Part shown: positions 61,371 through 64,000 of the stretch, piece by piece | How the letters are laid out: every line of letters begins with the position of its first letter | Position numbering within the stretch: position 1 is the stretch's first letter | From: Ginglymostoma cirratum | Taxonomy: Eukaryota | Direction: 5' to 3' | DNA length: 64,000 nucleotides | Assembly: GCA_024137785.1 (NCBI GenBank) | Contig: JAHRHZ010000043.1 | Span: 25,838,026-25,902,025 of the forward strand | Made by a program: the position numbers and the translations under genes | The notes under the pieces: generated by a model | The model's database searches: none | What the model saw: the letters and a program-made list of their open reading frames with translations, nothing else | What the model was told of the DNA's origin: nothing

Positions 61371-64000
61371 TTCAGTAAATGTGTGTATAGCATCTTACAG
61401 TCTTCTAAAAAGAGGCGCCTAGAATACAGTGAGTGTCATAAACACACCCTCTCAGTTTGCCGTTCAGACAGAACCCTGCTGAAAAGAGCATCAATGTACA
61501 TCTGCCTCCAGAACCTTTAGGCAAACCAATTAAAAGAACATACACTGATAGATGAAACAGCACATTAACTGTCAGACAGCCAGTACAAACTGACCTTCAT
61601 TAAAGTAAAATACTTGCTATTTCATTGGAGGAACATAAAGTGTTCTGATGGATTGTGAAACACATGTTTAACTTGTCAAATGAGGACTCGAGAGTATACC
61701 TGTAGATGAATAAGATATTGACTGCAGAATAGAATGCAGCACCTCTTAGTGGAGCTGGGACTGAAAATCTAACACTTTCATCATATCCCTTGCGGTGGAA
61801 GAGCTACAGGTTAGGTAGGACCTGAACATGCTGGGTCCTAAACATGAGTAGATATTTCCCATCTGCCCACCCCAAACAAGCAAACCCACTGATATGGGAG
61901 GGGTATGAATGCACAGGAACCATGAGAGGATAATTGTTATCACAAACTTTTCACACTTGAAAGAAACTGACTAAGATTAATCTTTTGATGAAAACAAAAT
62001 GGTAATCCCAGACATCCAGAATTAGTGAATCTGAAAAATTACTTCAAGGAAACAAGGAATTAAACTATTAAAAGATTTTGATTTCTACAGCGGCTTTTAT
62101 AATCTAAAGATTCACCAGGGTCCCTTCACAATAAAATTTGGCATCACCTCAGATAAAGAACGACATGGCAGGTAACCAATAGTTTGTCAAATAGTGGTTT
62201 TAAGGAACATCTGAAGCAAGGAGAGAAAGACAAAAAGGTGGAGAAGCATAGGGAGTTCAAGAGCTTAGCATCCAGGCAACTGAAGATATGGGCAATGATA
62301 AAGTGACCAAAGTTAGGGTTACTTGACGGCCAGAACTGGAGGAATGAAGAGACTGTGGTTGGTTTTAGGGTTGGAGAAGGTTACAGAAGCAGGAAAAAGC
62401 AAGCCCATTGCAATACATTCAAAACAAGTTCAAACATTTTAAAATCAATGCACTGCTGGAGCAGGAGATGTGATATAAAGAAAACAGATGCAACATAATG
62501 AAAATAGTGGCTCATTTATAAAGCTAAAGAAGGGATTCCAATCCATCAACTGATAAATACCAGGGGTAACTTGTTTGCAAAGTGTCAAGTTATTGAATAG
62601 TAGGATTTAATGTGCTGAAATAAAGTCAAAAGAAATGCCAAGGTTACTGCAATAGGACTTATGAGAAATGTGACAGGGAAACAAAATTCGCACCATAGTG
62701 TGCACTTCAGATATAAATTCGCAAATAATGATATTGGAATGAATGTGAAATTGATGAAGAAAGGTATTTCAGACAATCTGATGGTGCTGGATGATTAGCA
62801 TCTGCAAGAGACAAGGGTTCACTTTCTGCATTTCTGTGCTTTAAATTGCATCATGAATGGGTTTAAGATGCGGGTCAGAATAACATTGGTTACTCCACAA
62901 TGTACCAAGTATATTTAGTGAGAAACAGCCACTTCAAACTCAGGCACTCAGACAGAACACCAGGGATGATCTGATTGCATGTGACGCCTCAATGTCTTGA
63001 CCTCTGCAAACAGTATTCTTGAACACTCAGCCTTAACTGGACCATCTGAACAATCTTGAACACTTCCAAATGGCCAGTTCGTCCCCTTGGGGGTAGCTTG
63101 CTGCAACACAGACAGCAAAGGGACTGCGCCCAAGGTGAGTGCTGTGTGACAGCACTGCTTACAGGCAACATCAATCCAGTATCAGCCGTCGTAAAGCTTT
63201 CCAGTGGCTGATGTAACTGGCGGGTACCCAGTTAAGACAGACTGAACTGAATAATCCATTTTAATTCCATTTTGGATGTGAGAAGTAATTGAATCATCGC
63301 AAAAATAATGGAGGTTGAGATAAGGTTATTGAAATCTAGACAGAACCCAGCCAGAGGTTGTCATTATTTGAAGGCAGACAGGAGATGTCTGCCTGTCCTT
63401 CAATTATTTGCCAAGTTCTGCATTGAGCTGTCAAGTACATTATGATAGTCTGGTGATTCTGTAAAAGTGAGTCACTGATGCATGAGAGAGAATTATTTGC
63501 CTCTGGTGAGGTAACACTGTGTTGTAGACCGATGTAGGACTTATTCCTGTGTTACACAGAGGCTATAGGGTGGAGATGAAGGCCTGCAAGATTGCTGGCA
63601 TAAGAATACACAGCACATGGTGATTAGAATCGGGGGAACATGGTCTATGGTGAAATAAACTAAGATAAGCAGGAGGTAGGGTAGCTGGTTAAGTTTTTGC
63701 ACAATGTGACAAAGTGATTTATTCATAAATTCGAAAAATGTAAATGTTCGCATTGTACGGCAGCTGTATCAGTAACTAAAAAAGAGATGGATTTGAAATT
63801 CAGACAGCAAATTGTCATCAGCACATTTTGACTCAGTATGCAGACTGATTCATAGCAATTTCAATTTCTGCTGTCAGATTGTGATTTTCTGAGTGGAATC
63901 AGCTTTTCCATTCTAGTTATATTCTTCTTATTGAATCTGTCACAATCACAACCCAAGTGTTTTCCAAGAATTAAAGTATCTGTATAAGGTCATATATAGC

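Noticed and set aside
57117-64000. CTXN1 first exon or promoter
   Set aside because: No CpG island or unambiguous exon found; it probably lies beyond the window

Overview
Eukaryotic (vertebrate) genomic DNA. The repeat content (HE1/V-SINE, HER1-type CR1 LINEs, Deu-domain SINEs, Penelope-like termini) points to a cartilaginous fish, probably a shark (inference). Bases 1603-28899 (+) hold the last 18 coding exons of a fibrillin gene: cbEGF30-31, TB6, cbEGF32-36, TB7, cbEGF37-43, a furin site RGRHRR|S and an asprosin-like C-terminal peptide. All splice sites are GT-AG and the exons join into one open frame of about 897 aa. A ~3.4 kb repeat-poor 3'UTR follows, with miR-29 and miR-101/144 seed clusters. 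A convergent cortexin gene (56696-56977, -) has CTXN1-type residues, which makes the fibrillin most likely the FBN3 orthologue. The rest is intronic or intergenic DNA dense in decayed retroelements. The most notable non-obvious signal is a set of minimal hammerhead-ribozyme motifs (CUGAnGA-A-stem II-GAAAC-GUH) at Penelope-like element termini, with covarying stems. Other points of interest are a SINE/LINE partner pair sharing a 3' tail, a ~30-unit hairpin-core minisatellite, a ~390 bp foldback element and a pre-miRNA-like intronic hairpin. No prokaryotic systems or CRISPR arrays are present. Repeat boundaries are approximate and family names rest on recalled motif similarity, not database searches.
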